Of a stretch of 64,000 nt of DNA, positions 36,072 to 47,670 are shown one piece after another (position 1 is the first letter of the stretch; each line of letters starts with the position of its first letter). The DNA comes from Dendrobates tinctorius (taxonomy: Eukaryota). Both the position numbers and the translations under genes were made by a program. The DNA lies in contig NW_027361688.1 in NCBI RefSeq assembly GCF_039654945.1, positions 17,298,001 through 17,362,000 of the forward strand, in the 5' to 3' direction. The notes under the pieces were generated by a model. That model did no database searches, had not been told where the DNA came from, and saw nothing but the letters and a program-made list of their open reading frames with translations.

Positions 36072-39000
36072 GTAGGGCAGCTTTATATATGTGATACCCA
36101 ATCTTTTAGGGGTTTCCCTTTTAAATAAGTTTTCCAATAAAGTGTCCAATTAATATTATTCCTATAAATGAAATATGTGAATATATTATCAAGTGGTTTT
36201 CATCATTCTCTTGTTTTCCTTCATTATGTATCAAGTTTAAGGGAGGAAATTTCTTCTTGCAGAGAGTGCCAAGCTGGCGTAAGGAGACCATGCAATGCTC
36301 CTCTGGGAAGGAGGCTCATTAAAGTGTTGATTATTAACTTTCCTGGTTGCTACATCCAATAGGTGGCACCAGAAATCAAGTCCTCTTTCTTCTGAAGAGA
36401 CTGTTTTCATATTTAAGTTTCCAGAGGAGCACCGCATGGCCTAAAAGTCTCCATATACCAGCTTGGCACTCCCCACAGCAGGGGGGGTGGCTCTGTTATA
36501 GGAGTTGGCCTATAGAATGCGCGATATCGGAGCAAGGTTACATTTAACTGGAAGGTTCTCCTCTCTTGGTGTCTCGCAGACGACGTCGTCTTCCTGCTGT
36601 TCGATAAGCAGCCAAGAAATAGAGCAGCACTACAAAGAGAATCCGCACGGTTCGGTCAACTTTAGGACCATGAAGTTTAATTACACATTAGACTTTATAG
36701 GTGAGCAGATTCTTAGCCTTTTCGTCTGTTTTTTTTTTTTTTTCATTATCTGCTGTATACTGATGGTGAACCAAGAGCGGGTGTGCCAAACCTGAGGTCC
36801 AAAAAAGAACTACGGGACGAATGTTATAAAAGTAACTTTATTAAACAAGCATGGCAAATGGTAGCACTACGTGCCTGGAGCAGAGGAGATCTACTGAAGT
36901 GGCTGAAGAGACGATAGTGTAGAGTGCGGGTAGAAAAGATAAACAAGCAGAGTGGCGATACCTGGGTGGTCCATGGATACAAGTGCAGTGCACACCCCGA
37001 CGCGCGTTTCCGAATGTTTCCTTCAAGCCAGTATTCTGACACCTCTTTAGTCCCTTCAGTAGATCCCCCCCCCCTGCTCTATTTCATTGTACATACTGAA
37101 TCTTCACTCCTTTACTCTTTTGGCCTCTTCTTTTGATTTTTTAGCATTTTCCGTTGTTGTTCATTTCCTAAGCCGACACTTCTTCTTTCCTCGTAGTGCT
37201 ACCATTTACCGTGGTTGTTTGTTAAAGGTACTTTTATAACATTTGTCACGCACTTGTTTTTTGGACCTCCGGTTTGGCACTTCCTCCCTTGGTTCTTCCA
37301 TGTTTTTCCAAATGGACCACCGTTCATCCACCTAACATATACATATCACTCATCCCACATCAGGGTCTACTTATAGTTTTAGAACAACTTGAGACCCTCA
37401 GGTTGGAGACCACTGCTCTATATGTCATGTTATTTCTATGACCAGTTGCATTTTAGCCACGTGAAGCTTCACCTTTTGGCTTTCACTGGCTATAAACCCT
37501 TAAAGGCAAAGTGTCATTTGAAAATTAACTCTTATATGTTAAATGTATTTTTTAAATATCTGTTTTGTGCGTTTTTTTCTTTTTTGTTTTTTTATTCCGA
37601 CCTATGCTGAAGAAAAAAAAATCTGTAATTTTCCCATTGCCCACTTGCAATTGACTTGCAAAGGTCGTGGTGAAGGAGGAGGAGGCGAGCTGTAACCTCA
37701 CCCATTGTGTATTCTGTGTTAACACCTCTATATACAGTAGATAACAGGATCCACCATTCACAATAGGTGGTCACAGCTCACCTCCTCCTGTACAATGACT
37801 GATAAGACCTCTATATACAGTAGATAACACAGGATCCACTATTCACAATGGATGATGTCACAGCTCACCTCCTCCTCCTGTACACCTCTACATACAGTAG
37901 ATAACACAGGATCCACCATTCACAATGGGTGATGTCACAGCTCACCTGTACAATGAACGATAACGCCTCTGTATACAGTAGCTATTGCAGGATCCACCAT
38001 TCACAATTTATTATTTATTCCATGGCGCTTTACATGTGAGGAGGGGTATATATAATACATACAAGTACAGTAACCTTAAACAATACAAGTCACGACTGGT
38101 ACAGGATGAGAGAGGACCCTGCCCGTGAGGGCTCACAATCTACTAGGGACGGGTGAGGATACAGTAGGCGAGGGTAGAGCTGGTCGTGCAGCGGTTTGGT
38201 GGATCGGTGGTTACACAATAGGTGATGTCACAGCTCACCTCCTCCCCCTCTTGTACAATGACTTATTGCACCTCTATATACAGTAAGTACATTCACATTA
38301 GATGTCACAGCTCACCTCCTCCCCCTCTTGTACAATGACTGATAACACCTCTATATACAGTAGATAAAACAGGATCCACCCTTTCATATGCAGTACATAT
38401 CAGTCATTGTAGGGGGAGGAGGTGAGCTGTGACATCACCTATTGTGAATGGTGGATCCTGTGTTATGAGACACTGTAAGCATGTCTGTACAGAACAAGAA
38501 GTATGAGTCTATGATAAAGGCCCCCATACACATTAATCTACCATCTGCCAAATTCGCTAATATTGGCGGGCACAGCAGTCTAATGTTTATGGCTGCCTCC
38601 CGATTTTTCCTTGGACAGAGGATGAGGATCCAGCATGTCCAATTTAAGACTGCCGATCGTTTTGTTCTCAGCGAGATCTGTTTGAGGGGTCTGGCAGTGG
38701 CTCTGCTCTCATAGAGAACACAGTATGTAGGAGGCATAGCTGACAGCCGAATGATTGTACAAACTTAGTGGCAGTTTGACTATTGCAAGATTTCTGTATT
38801 TAACTTCCCAATAAAATAACAAAAAAAAAAAGTTGGTAAAAATACTTTAACATATCGAGAACAATTAAGAAGTTAATACAATCACTTTATATTGACTATT
38901 GCGGGACCTTGCCTCTTTAAGAATCAGCAAATACATGTCTGTCCCCGTGATGAAGCTAGGCGAAACGTACATAGAGGGCGTTCCGCCACCACACGGCTGC

Positions 39001-42000
39001 TCACTCTTGGGGCAGCATGAATGAAATGGCAGATTCCTACTTATCCTATGTAACCCTTCAATGGCTTTTTTTTGCATAATTCTATGTATTTTTGCAATAC
39101 TGATGGTAATTTAATGTAAATGTTCACTTTGTGTGTTTTTTTTTTTTTTTTTTTCTTTTCCTTCTAAAACCTCTGAATTATAAGGCCTAGGGTATGGGAC
39201 TTTCTTTTTTTTTTTTTTTTTTGCTAATCCTTGTGTTGTTTCCTTGCGCAGGAATGAAACAGACCAACTTATTCACCGGGAAACAAAGGCCGGTAAAACG
39301 AGCCCCTTTTTCCATTTCAGCCTTTAGGTAATTGGTTGCATTTTCTTTAAAAAGTCACTTGCTGAATAGATTTTCCACCTACCCATTGGATACGTTATAA
39401 ATGTATAATCGCTGGGGGCCCACCACTAAGACTTGCACCAAGCCAGGCAATGGAGGTCCTAAAGTCTCCGCAGTGTGCACAGGAGCTGTATACACAAAAC
39501 TACAGGAGAATTTTATTCAAGACTCTTAGACAATCATTGCATTGGTTAGTTTTGGTGGAACATCCAAAAGTTGACTTAGATTTTATTTAAAGGAAATCTG
39601 ACAGTAGGTTTTTTTTTTTTAACCTGAAAGCAGCATAATGTAGGGCAAGAGAGCCTGATTCCAGCAATGTGTTACTTGTTAGGCTGTGTGCTGTAGTTTC
39701 AATGCAATCAGTGTTTTATGAGCAGGAGATTATCACTGCCTGACTAGGTCTGACGTGCAGGCGAGTCCCGCTCGGCTGTGTAACCCCACCCTCACCACTG
39801 ATTGGTAGCTTGCTGACACTGTACACAGGAAGCTGCCAATCAGGGGTGTGGGCAGGATTATAGAGAGCTCAGCATTCAGAGAACTGCAGAGAAAACAGGG
39901 ATTTTATCAAAACTGCACCCAACAGCCCAGTAAGTGACACATCGCTGGAATCGGGCTCTCTGCCTCTACATCATGCTGCTCTCAGATTACATACAGAAAT
40001 CTGCTGATGGATTTCCTTTGAGAAAAATGTGATGCTGTACCAGGAAATTATTATATATGCAGTTGTCTTAANNNNNNNNNNNNNNNNNNNNNNNNNNNNN
40101 NNNNNNNNNNNNNNNNNNNNNNNNNNNNNNNNNNNNNNNNNNNNNNNNNNNNNNNNNNNNNNNNNNNNNNNNNNNNNNNNNNNNNNNNNNNNNNNNNNNN
40201 NNNNNNNNNNNNNNNNNNNNNNNNNNNNNNTCTGAAATAAAATATTGAAATATTTCTTTGAGTATTCATGGTCAGTGGTGGTGACCTGTCCCCTTTAAGT
40301 ATATTTATAGCTTCCCTTTATTTGTCTATAGACGTTCAGGCTATATCATATAGTCTTCTATCCTATAAGTGTAAATCTAATTTTAATAAAAATCACACAA
40401 GTTTTTTATATACACGCACTAGATATCTTATTGAGATACAAAACTACCCAAAAATAAGAAAAATAAAAAGGAAAAGTTAATGGTAAAAACAGGGGGAGGC
40501 TGATGAGCGACATCAAATAATGAAAATAAGAATGCAATACAAAGGACAGCCACCAGATGGCAGAATCCTACCAAGGAGTAATAACAACAAGTACTGTAAA
40601 TATTAGTGTATATACAAAGTTAATTGCAATGCAATTCTGCGAATTAGATATAGAGATTTGGTGCAATGTAATGTACAAAAAATAAAATCAACAGTGAAAA
40701 AACAAAGATGCATTATAATCAGACATACCCCTCAAAAATTAATAATAAAAAATGTATGACCCCCAACATGCGCTTTGCCCTTACTTCATCTTTCTCTCCC
40801 TTATATACCATCGTTATGTCCATATTTTAGCTCATTTTTTTCTACCCTAGTTACATCTGCGACAACGGATCGATCCCTCTGCCGTCTCACTGGGAACACG
40901 TGAACAACTCCGAGCCCTATCAGCTCATCCCTTTAATCAAGTGTTGTAACGAGTACAATGAAGTAGCCAATCTGTTTGCGGAATCCATGGATAAGAACCG
41001 GATCGTAAATATTCTTAGGATACAAAACTTAGATTTATGGGAATTTTACTGCCGGTAAGCTTTGATATGGCAGAATCTTAAAGGAACAGTTTGGCTTTTA
41101 GCCAATTTAAAGGGGTGGTTTGAAATTAACACTGATTTAATCCTAAATGTCTATTTCATGTAATAATCAAATTACTTTTTTATATACCTTTAATTAAAAG
41201 TTACCTACCTCTCTGTTCTACTCTCTTTTTCTTTGCCAACTTCCTGTTTTGATGACCTTTCGTTTGACAGTCTCCAGTGCATGCTGGAATACTCAAACAA
41301 GATGACATCAGAGCAGAGGCCATGGTCACCACCTACCCCCAAAACTAAGCATGATCAGTGATATCCATTTCAGGGGTAGGCTAGTCCAGTGTCTATCAAG
41401 CATGAGCTATGAACCGGTTGTCAACTCCAATGTATGCAAAGTACGAGCTCCTTTGTCACTGTATGATATTCCTTTTCGATGCATAGTGACAGTGCGCTCT
41501 CTCACCGGCTCCAATGAGAAGAGTGCCCTGTCAGAGTGCATTGTAAGGAGAGAACTGCACCGCCTCCAAAAGCGACATCAATTTCTGAGGTGGGGCAGGT
41601 CTTTGCTTTTCCTTCCCGTCGGGTTATCTCTTTACAATACACACTGGCAGCACACTCTCTTACCGGCTATTCACTTCTCATTAGAGCCAGCGAGGAAGTG
41701 CACTGTCACTGTGCATTCAAACGAATACTGTATAGTGACAAGATCCTACTGAGCATATGTTAAAATTGACTACTGACACATGCTCAGTAAAGCAGGGACT
41801 AGCCCAACCCCTAAAATGGTGATCACTAATGACACTTCGTTTCAGGGTGGAGGCCAGAGGCTGCGGGACTAACCGTAGCCTCTGCCCCTGATGATGACTT
41901 GTTATCAGTATCCCAGCATGCACTGGGGGTTCTCCAAAAAAAAATAATTATCAAATGGTAAGTTGGTTAAAAAAAAAAAAAAAAAAAAGTTAGGGAGGGA

Positions 42001-45000
42001 ACGGTAGGGATTTTTTAAATCAAAATGTACTAGTAAAGGAATTAGATTATTATATTAAACTAGCTGAAGAGCCCGGCGCTGCCCGGGCATAGTAACTAAC
42101 TGTGGTTAGTTATAACAAATTATAATTATCCTCCATCCCATAGTCCCATGCCCATATACCCATCATACATCCTCCATCCCATAGTCCCATGCCCATATAC
42201 CCATCACACATATCCTCCATCCCATAGTCGAGTGCCCATATACCCATCACGTATCCTCCATCCCATAGTCCCATGCCCATATATACCCATCACACATCCT
42301 CCATCCCACAGTCCCATGCCCATATACCCATCACACATATCCTCCATCCCATAGTCGAGTGCCCATATACCCATCACACATCCTCCATCCCATAGTCCCA
42401 TGCCCATATACCCATCACACATATCCTCCATCCCATAGTCGAGTGCCCATATACCCATCACACATCCTCCATCCCATAGTCCCATGCCCATATATACCCA
42501 TCACACATCCTCCATCCCACAGTCCCATGCCCATATATACCCATCACACATCCTCCATCCCACAGTCCCATGCCCATATACCCATCACACATCCTCCATC
42601 CCACAGTCCCATGCCCATATACCCATCACACATATCCTCCATCCCATAGTCCCATGCCCATATACCCATCATACATATCCGCCATCCCATAGTCCAGTGC
42701 CCATATACCCATCACACATCCTCCATCTCATAGTCCCGTGCCCATATACCCATCACACATATCCTCCATCCCATAGTCCCATGCCCATATACCCATCATA
42801 CATATCCGCCATCCCATAGTCCCGTGCCCATATACCCATCACACATCCTCCATCCCATAGTCCCGTGCCCATATACCCATCACACATATCCTCCATCCCA
42901 TAGTCCCGTGCCCATATACCCATCATACATATCCGCCATCCCATAGTCCAGTGCCCATATACCCATCACACATCCTCCATCTCATAGTCCCGTGCCCATA
43001 TACCCATCACACATATCCTCCATCCCATAGTCCCATGCCCATATACCCATCATACATATCCGCCATCCCATAGTCCAGTGCCCATATACCCATCACACAT
43101 ATCCTCCATCCCATAGTCCCATGCCCATATACCCATCATACATATCCTCCATCCCATAGTCCAGTGCCCATATACCGATCACACATCCTCCATTTCATAG
43201 TCAACCATTATGACATCATAATGAGCGGCGCGGCTTGCAACCTATGATGACATCAGCGTCGCCATGGCAACCATTATGACATAATGAGGGGCGGGGCTTG
43301 TATGCACACACTGTTTCCCCATTATGTAGATAGGGGCACTATGACATCATAATGAGGGGCGGGGCTTGATGCGCACACACTTTTTCCCCCCATTATGTAG
43401 ATGGGGCAAAATTGTTTGGTGAATTGGAACGTGCGGGGTTAAAATTTCGCCTCACAACATAGCTTAGGACGGTCTCGGGGTCCGGACGTGTGATTGTGCC
43501 AAATTTTGTGGCTGTAGCTGCGACGGTGCGGATGCCAATCCCGGACATACACACTTTGAGCTTTATATATTAGATTGATTTAATCCTGAATGTCGGTGTT
43601 CATTTCGGCCCACCCATTGACCCAATTTTCATATTCCTAAGATCTAACCATGTATGTGTTTCTTACAGAAAGAAATCTCAGCTGAAGAAGAAGAAGGGTC
43701 TGTCTGAGATTGCAGAAGAGATGCTGTTTCACGGGACTAGTAATGAATTTGTGAACGCCATTTGTATCCATAACTTTGACTGGAGGATTAATGGGATACA
43801 TGGAGCCGTCTATGGGAAGGGTGAGAACTCTGCTCCTCACTGTCCCTCTCCAATTCTCTCCTTTTAATCCCTTTTGCCTCCCCCCCCCCCCATTGCTTTT
43901 ATCCACCTTTTTATTATTTTTTTTAATATTGTCTTTGTTAGACCCTCCCCTGCTCATATAATGTGCTGTGTGCCCCACTCTCAGATCCTCTGTCTCGGCC
44001 CCTGCCTTATTCTTCTCCTTGCTCATTTTAAATATTTCAAGTTGTTCCCCGGTTACTTGTGTTGCTCTTTGGGTTCCCCTCTCCTTGACACCTGCCTGGG
44101 TCTGTCTTATAGTCCGAATGTAAGGTATCTTACCTGGGGGGCGGCAGTGGTGGAGCAGGTTCACAGGAGGCATGGTCCCTTCCTCAGGAAGCCGGCAGCA
44201 GCAGCATAAGTGGGGCAATGCTGTGGGCCCTGGGTGGGAGAAGTGGGTGCCCCAGCAGTGCGACGCTGTAGGCCCGGTGTTGGCGGTGAGGCAGAGCGGT
44301 GGGCGTTGCTTTTCCAGTGCTGCCTACGGCTTCAGGAAAATGGCCACATGCGCAGACTGGGACCTCGGCCCTGCCGTGATCTCAACCTGTGCAAGCTCCG
44401 CCTCCCGCGGCCATCTTCTTGAAGGCATTGGCTTTTTAATTCTAGTGTAAATGCCGCTGTTATTCTGAATCCGGCGATGTTTTTCTTGTGTTCCTGCGCC
44501 TCTCTGTCCTGAGATATGGCCTCCTCTTCCCCATATACGGTATTAATTTAGTCTTTTTAGTCAAGTGGGAGTGGTCATCAACTCTTTTTCTGTGGACCAC
44601 ACCTATTTGGCTAGAAAGACAAAATTTATATACACAGGGAAGATGGGGCCATATCTCAGGAACGGATAGGCGCAGGAACAAAAGGAAAACATTGCCGGAT
44701 TCAGCAGAACAGCGACATTTACACCAAGTAATTTTATTTATTTTTCCTTTTAGGTACATACTTTGCGAAGAACGCATCCTTATCAAGCCAGTACTGTAAA
44801 AACACCGGAAAGCACGGGCCGATGCTCAAACTGCACGGAGTGACTTCGGACTGCTGTCAGTTCCTCTCGAAGAAATCTATGTTTTTAGCTCGAGTCCTCG
44901 TGGGCGAATACGCCATCGGAGACAGCAAATACATCCGACCGCCGTCCAAAGACGGCAGCCTGACTAACCTGTACGACAGCTGTGTGGACAATCCCTTCTC

Positions 45001-45067
45001 GCCGCTCATCTACGTCATATTTGACAGCAATCAGATCTACCCCGAATATCTCATTCAGTTTGATTGA
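35967..45067 (+). CDS. PARP11: PARP11 / ARTD11, spliced CDS: join(35967-36071, 36580-36700, 39252-39327, 40851-41054, 43669-43820, 44754-45067), 323 aa. It would be 333 aa if the ATG at 31146-31148 is spliced to 35940.
   Basis: The exons join in frame with GT-AG borders and give MGATVDVNVPEDMDDSETQWGWFYLAECGKWHMFE...GMKQTNLFTGKQRPVKRAPFSISAFSYIC...RIQNLDLWEFYCRKK...MLFHGTS...HNFDWRINGIHGAVYGKGTYFA...SMFLARVLVG...RPPSKDG...LYDSCVD...NQIYPEYLIQFD*. This is a WWE domain followed by an H-Y-I mono-ART domain, colinear with vertebrate PARP11. Confidence 0.95.
36580..36700 (+). CDS. PARP11: PARP11 exon (WWE domain), 121 nt, phase 0 to 1
   Basis: ctcgcag|ACG ... ATA G|gtgagc. Encodes TTSSSCCSISSQEIEQHYKENPHGSVNFRTMKFNYTLDFI. 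Confidence 0.93.
37670..38465. repeat. About 80-85 bp tandem repeat (ACCTCTATATACAGTAGATAACACAGGATCCACCATTCACAATAGGTGATGTCACAGCTCACCTCC...) with inverted terminal copies; MITE-derived
   Basis: Repeated units; 38401-38465 is the reverse complement of a unit. Confidence 0.8.
38008..38213 (-). mobile_element. 5'-truncated L2 LINE 3' end with 6-bp TSD CACAAT
   Basis: Minus strand reads ...GTAGATTGTGAGCCCTCACGGGCAGGGTCC...TGTAAAGCGCCATGGAATAAATAATAA. TSD at 38002-38007 and 38214-38219. Confidence 0.8.
39252..39327 (+). CDS. PARP11: PARP11 exon (end of WWE), 76 nt, phase 1 to 2
   Basis: ttgcgcag|GA ATG AAA CAG ... TTT AG|gtaatt. Encodes GMKQTNLFTGKQRPVKRAPFSISAF. Confidence 0.94.
39591..40017. 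mobile_element. Kolobok/T2-type MITE
   Basis: TTAA|AGGAAATCTGACAG ... CTGATGGATTTCCT|TTGA. Same family as 7824-8155. Confidence 0.75.
40072..40230. other. Assembly gap (N run) in a PARP11 intron
   Basis: N characters. Confidence 1.
40851..41054 (+). CDS. PARP11: PARP11 exon (linker and start of ART domain), 204 nt, phase 2 to 2
   Basis: accctag|T TAC ATC TGC ... TGC CG|gtaagc. Encodes YICDNGSIPLPSHWEHV...YQLIPL...EYNEVANLF...RIQNLDLWEFYC. Confidence 0.94.
42060..43574 (-). mobile_element. Non-autonomous Helitron (5' TCTAATATATAAAGC ... hairpin ... CTAG 3') inserted at A|T
   Basis: Minus-strand 5' TC at 43574-43573, GC hairpin GCCCGG-cgctgc-CCGGGC at 42071-42088, terminal CTAG at 42060-42063. 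No TSD; host A|T. Confidence 0.88.
42127..43200. repeat. Minisatellite inside the Helitron, 39-41 bp unit (ATCCTCCATCCCATAGTCCCATGCCCATATACCCATCACAC)
   Basis: About 26 copies. Confidence 0.95.
43669..43820 (+). CDS. PARP11: PARP11 exon (catalytic His motif), 152 nt, phase 2 to 1
   Basis: ttcttacag|A AAG AAA ... AAG G|gtgaga. Encodes KKSQLKKKKG...EMLFHGTSNEFVNAICIHNFDWRINGIHGAVYGK. Confidence 0.95.
43830..44420 (-). mobile_element. Internally deleted L1/Tx1-like fragment (GC-rich 5' UTR-like start AAGATGGCCGCGGG), antisense in the last PARP11 intron
   Basis: YY1-like AAGATGGC start and A-rich downstream sequence. Family assignment is tentative. Confidence 0.4.
44443..44727. mobile_element. 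Fold-back MITE remnant with about 95-bp inverted arms, directly upstream of the last exon acceptor
   Basis: GTGTAAATGCCGCTGTTATTCTGAATCCGGCGATGTTTT... pairs with ...AAAACATTGCCGGATTCAGCAGAACAGCGACATTTACAC. Confidence 0.75.
44754..45067 (+). CDS. PARP11: PARP11 last coding exon (to TGA)
   Basis: ccttttag|GT ACA TAC TTT GCG. Encodes GTYFAKNASLSSQYC...SMFLARVLVGEY...RPPSKDGSLTNLYDSCVDNPFSPLIYVIFDSNQIYPEYLIQFD*. Confidence 0.96.
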
Positions 45068-46695
45068 TACGTTGCTTCTTGTTTTTCTTTGAGTTCTATT
45101 ATTTAAATGTTACTGTTGATGGGAGTCCGATAACCCTGCACCCCGATAGTCTGGCATTACCAACAAGCTTAGAGTGACAGACGAGGAGGATTTCATCATA
45201 GTTTCCCCCCCCCCCCCCAACAAAAAAAGTTCAGAAAGTTTTCTACTTTTAAATCTTCCGGTGCTTGAAGGTTCCGAAGGGATTTAAAGCGACAGTTGAC
45301 AAATTCTCGTGATGCCGGATTATCAGAACTTTTTGCCTTTTGTGAAACTAATATAAAACCCGGTGGATATCTTCACCTACTTCAAATCCTGGACATTACC
45401 TGTATTGCGTGGGTTTCTATATACAATTTTTATTTTCATTTTTTTTTAAATTTATTTTATTTATTTATTTTTTATTGTGGCTGCTGTGCAGGTGAGTAAC
45501 CTTTTATTTCTTTCACGTGCTTTCAGGCAGAAAGCTATTCTGCATCGTGTCCAAGGTAGGGAAGGAGCCTGGAGGATGATTATGTAGCAGAGAGGAGTGT
45601 GTGTAATTGTTTTTGATGTAACAGAGCTGATTTTTTTTTTTTTTTTGCATCTTGATGACCCATTTACTAATGGCTTTTTATTAAATTCCGAATCTTTAAG
45701 TACGAGTCCCCAATCGAGGACCCTCATGACAAAAAGGAAAAAAAAAAATCCTTCTGGAGGACCCAACGTGTATTCGTATATACTGATTTGAATGATCAGT
45801 GTGTAATTCCTAATTTTCCCTCTGGAGGCGCTGCAGGCAAATAGAACAGTTTCTAAATTCTCCTAGTGACTGCAGCTGACCGCTGGAGGTCTCAGTAGTA
45901 GGATACCCTGTGATTGGTTTATCAATAGGGCACCAGGGGCGTAGCTATAGGGGGTGCAGAATTTGCAGTCACTCTGGGCCCTTGTAATTCTTCGTCATAA
46001 AAGACATCAGTATTATACTAGGTGGGTGTCTTTGTACAAATTTTACATTGGGTCCAGTTACCTCTCTATAAGGCATCCCTCTAACCCAAAGGGATTGTCC
46101 AAAGCGGGGCAGTCACCCAAAAAATAGTATTTGATTGCAGTCCTATGTAAAACCACAGATTATGATATCGCCAATATCATAGGGATTATATATGGCACAG
46201 GATTAGCTCCAATTTTTCCAGATCAATTGTATTGGATAAATTGATGGGAGCAATTTTTCACTTATAGATTTATTAGTCATGCTGGATCTGGCAGCTAGAA
46301 TAGAAAAAAATAAAAAAAACCTCCATTCTTTACACTGCTGGCTGCGCTCACAGGAGCGGGCTATGAAGAACTGTAGCAATAAGGTTTTATATTACTACGT
46401 TACATTGCTTTCTGTAAAATCCCTTTAATCCAAAATCTAGAAAAATGATTCTAGAAGGAAGCTGAAGGCTGAGCAGTGGTAATCTGTAAGGATTATTTTT
46501 TTACGGGAGTGTCCCTCGAAATGGGTGGGGCTCATGCAAATTAGCATTAAAAAGTGTTCAATTTCTCTGCAGCTCCCCCGCATGTGAATGGAGGAATTAC
46601 ACATTTTGTAATCGGTGGGCTGCCCGTGTTATGTATGGACGGATAGGAATTATCCTTTAATTCAGAAAAGGGGTATTCTAAATTGATCTCTTTAA

Positions 46696-47670
46696 CCCCT
46701 TTGGAGACTTGTGGCACCAGTGCACGATGTCACCGTATGCAGCCACGGGTACCGGAGGTGTTACATAACCGACATCCGAGGTTGGAGCTGTCGGCTTTTG
46801 CAGTAGTTTGCCCTCTTAGGTGTAGCTGCCCGGCATTTAGGAGGTTAGGCACGAGGGTGGGATGCCAATAGATTATCATGGCAACCGGAGGTCCGCTGTA
46901 GACCCTTCTCTCTGACATGTTACTACCACTATGAAGCTCAGCCTGTTGCTGGGCTTCATAGGACACTGGTAAGTATACACTGGACTGCAATGCCACACGA
47001 CTGCAGTCGATCGTATGGGGATCAAGTCCCCTAAAGGGACTAATTAAAAAAAAAAAAAAATGAAATAAAAAATATTAGTTTAAATTTCCCACCTTTTTTA
47101 GGTCATGCAAAATAGCGCAATCTAATAAAATGATTGTCCAGGGAACAAAAGTGAAAAATGGCAGAATCTCAGATTTTTTTTTTTTTTTTTTGTGTGTGTG
47201 ACCTCACTGCCCCAACAAAAAGTGATTAAAAAGATCTAAAAGACCCGAAAAAAAGCTATAGAGACCCCAATAAAATCTCCAGCACCCATTCAGCTTTACT
47301 GACTAAAAAAAATAGTCAAGGCGAGATAGATAGATAGATATATATTTATATAATTTTTTTTTTTAGCAGTAAAAGAAAAACAAGTACTGATGTGTACGAA
47401 AAGGTCACCTGGTCATTTTCTACTGTAGAGTGAATTTTGTGAAAAAAAACAAACAAAAACAAAGAAAACAAAACCTAAAACGCAACAGTGGAATTGCTGG
47501 GTGTTTTTTTTTTTTTTTTTTTTTCAGTATGGTGTAATTCAAAACTATGACTTGTCCCGCAAAAAAACAGGCCCTTGTACGGCTTTGTTGACGGAAAAAT
47601 AAATTTATAGCTCTTGAAATAAGGTAGGAAAATGTAAAAGGCAAAAAAAAAAATAAAAACTTTCTAAGGG
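46696..47670. mobile_element. piggyBac-like non-autonomous fragment (TTAA|CCCCTT terminus)
   Basis: TTAACCCCTT start. The other end is unclear. Confidence 0.4.

Larger units (their letters stand above)
41111..43610. mobile_element. Kolobok/T2-type MITE with internal inverted repeats (41240-41420 vs 41775-41935); right arm interrupted by a Helitron
   Basis: TTAA|AGGGGTGG start. The TGATTTAATCCT(A/G)AATGTC motif recurs after the Helitron at 43576. Confidence 0.55.

Noticed and set aside
40072-40230. Missing PARP11 exon hidden in the gap
   Set aside because: The flanking exons join in phase with continuous protein homology (SAF-S-YIC).
43637-44218. 193-aa minus-strand ORF overlapping a PARP11 exon
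   Set aside because: Composite of antisense exon sequence and a repeat fragment; no recognisable product.
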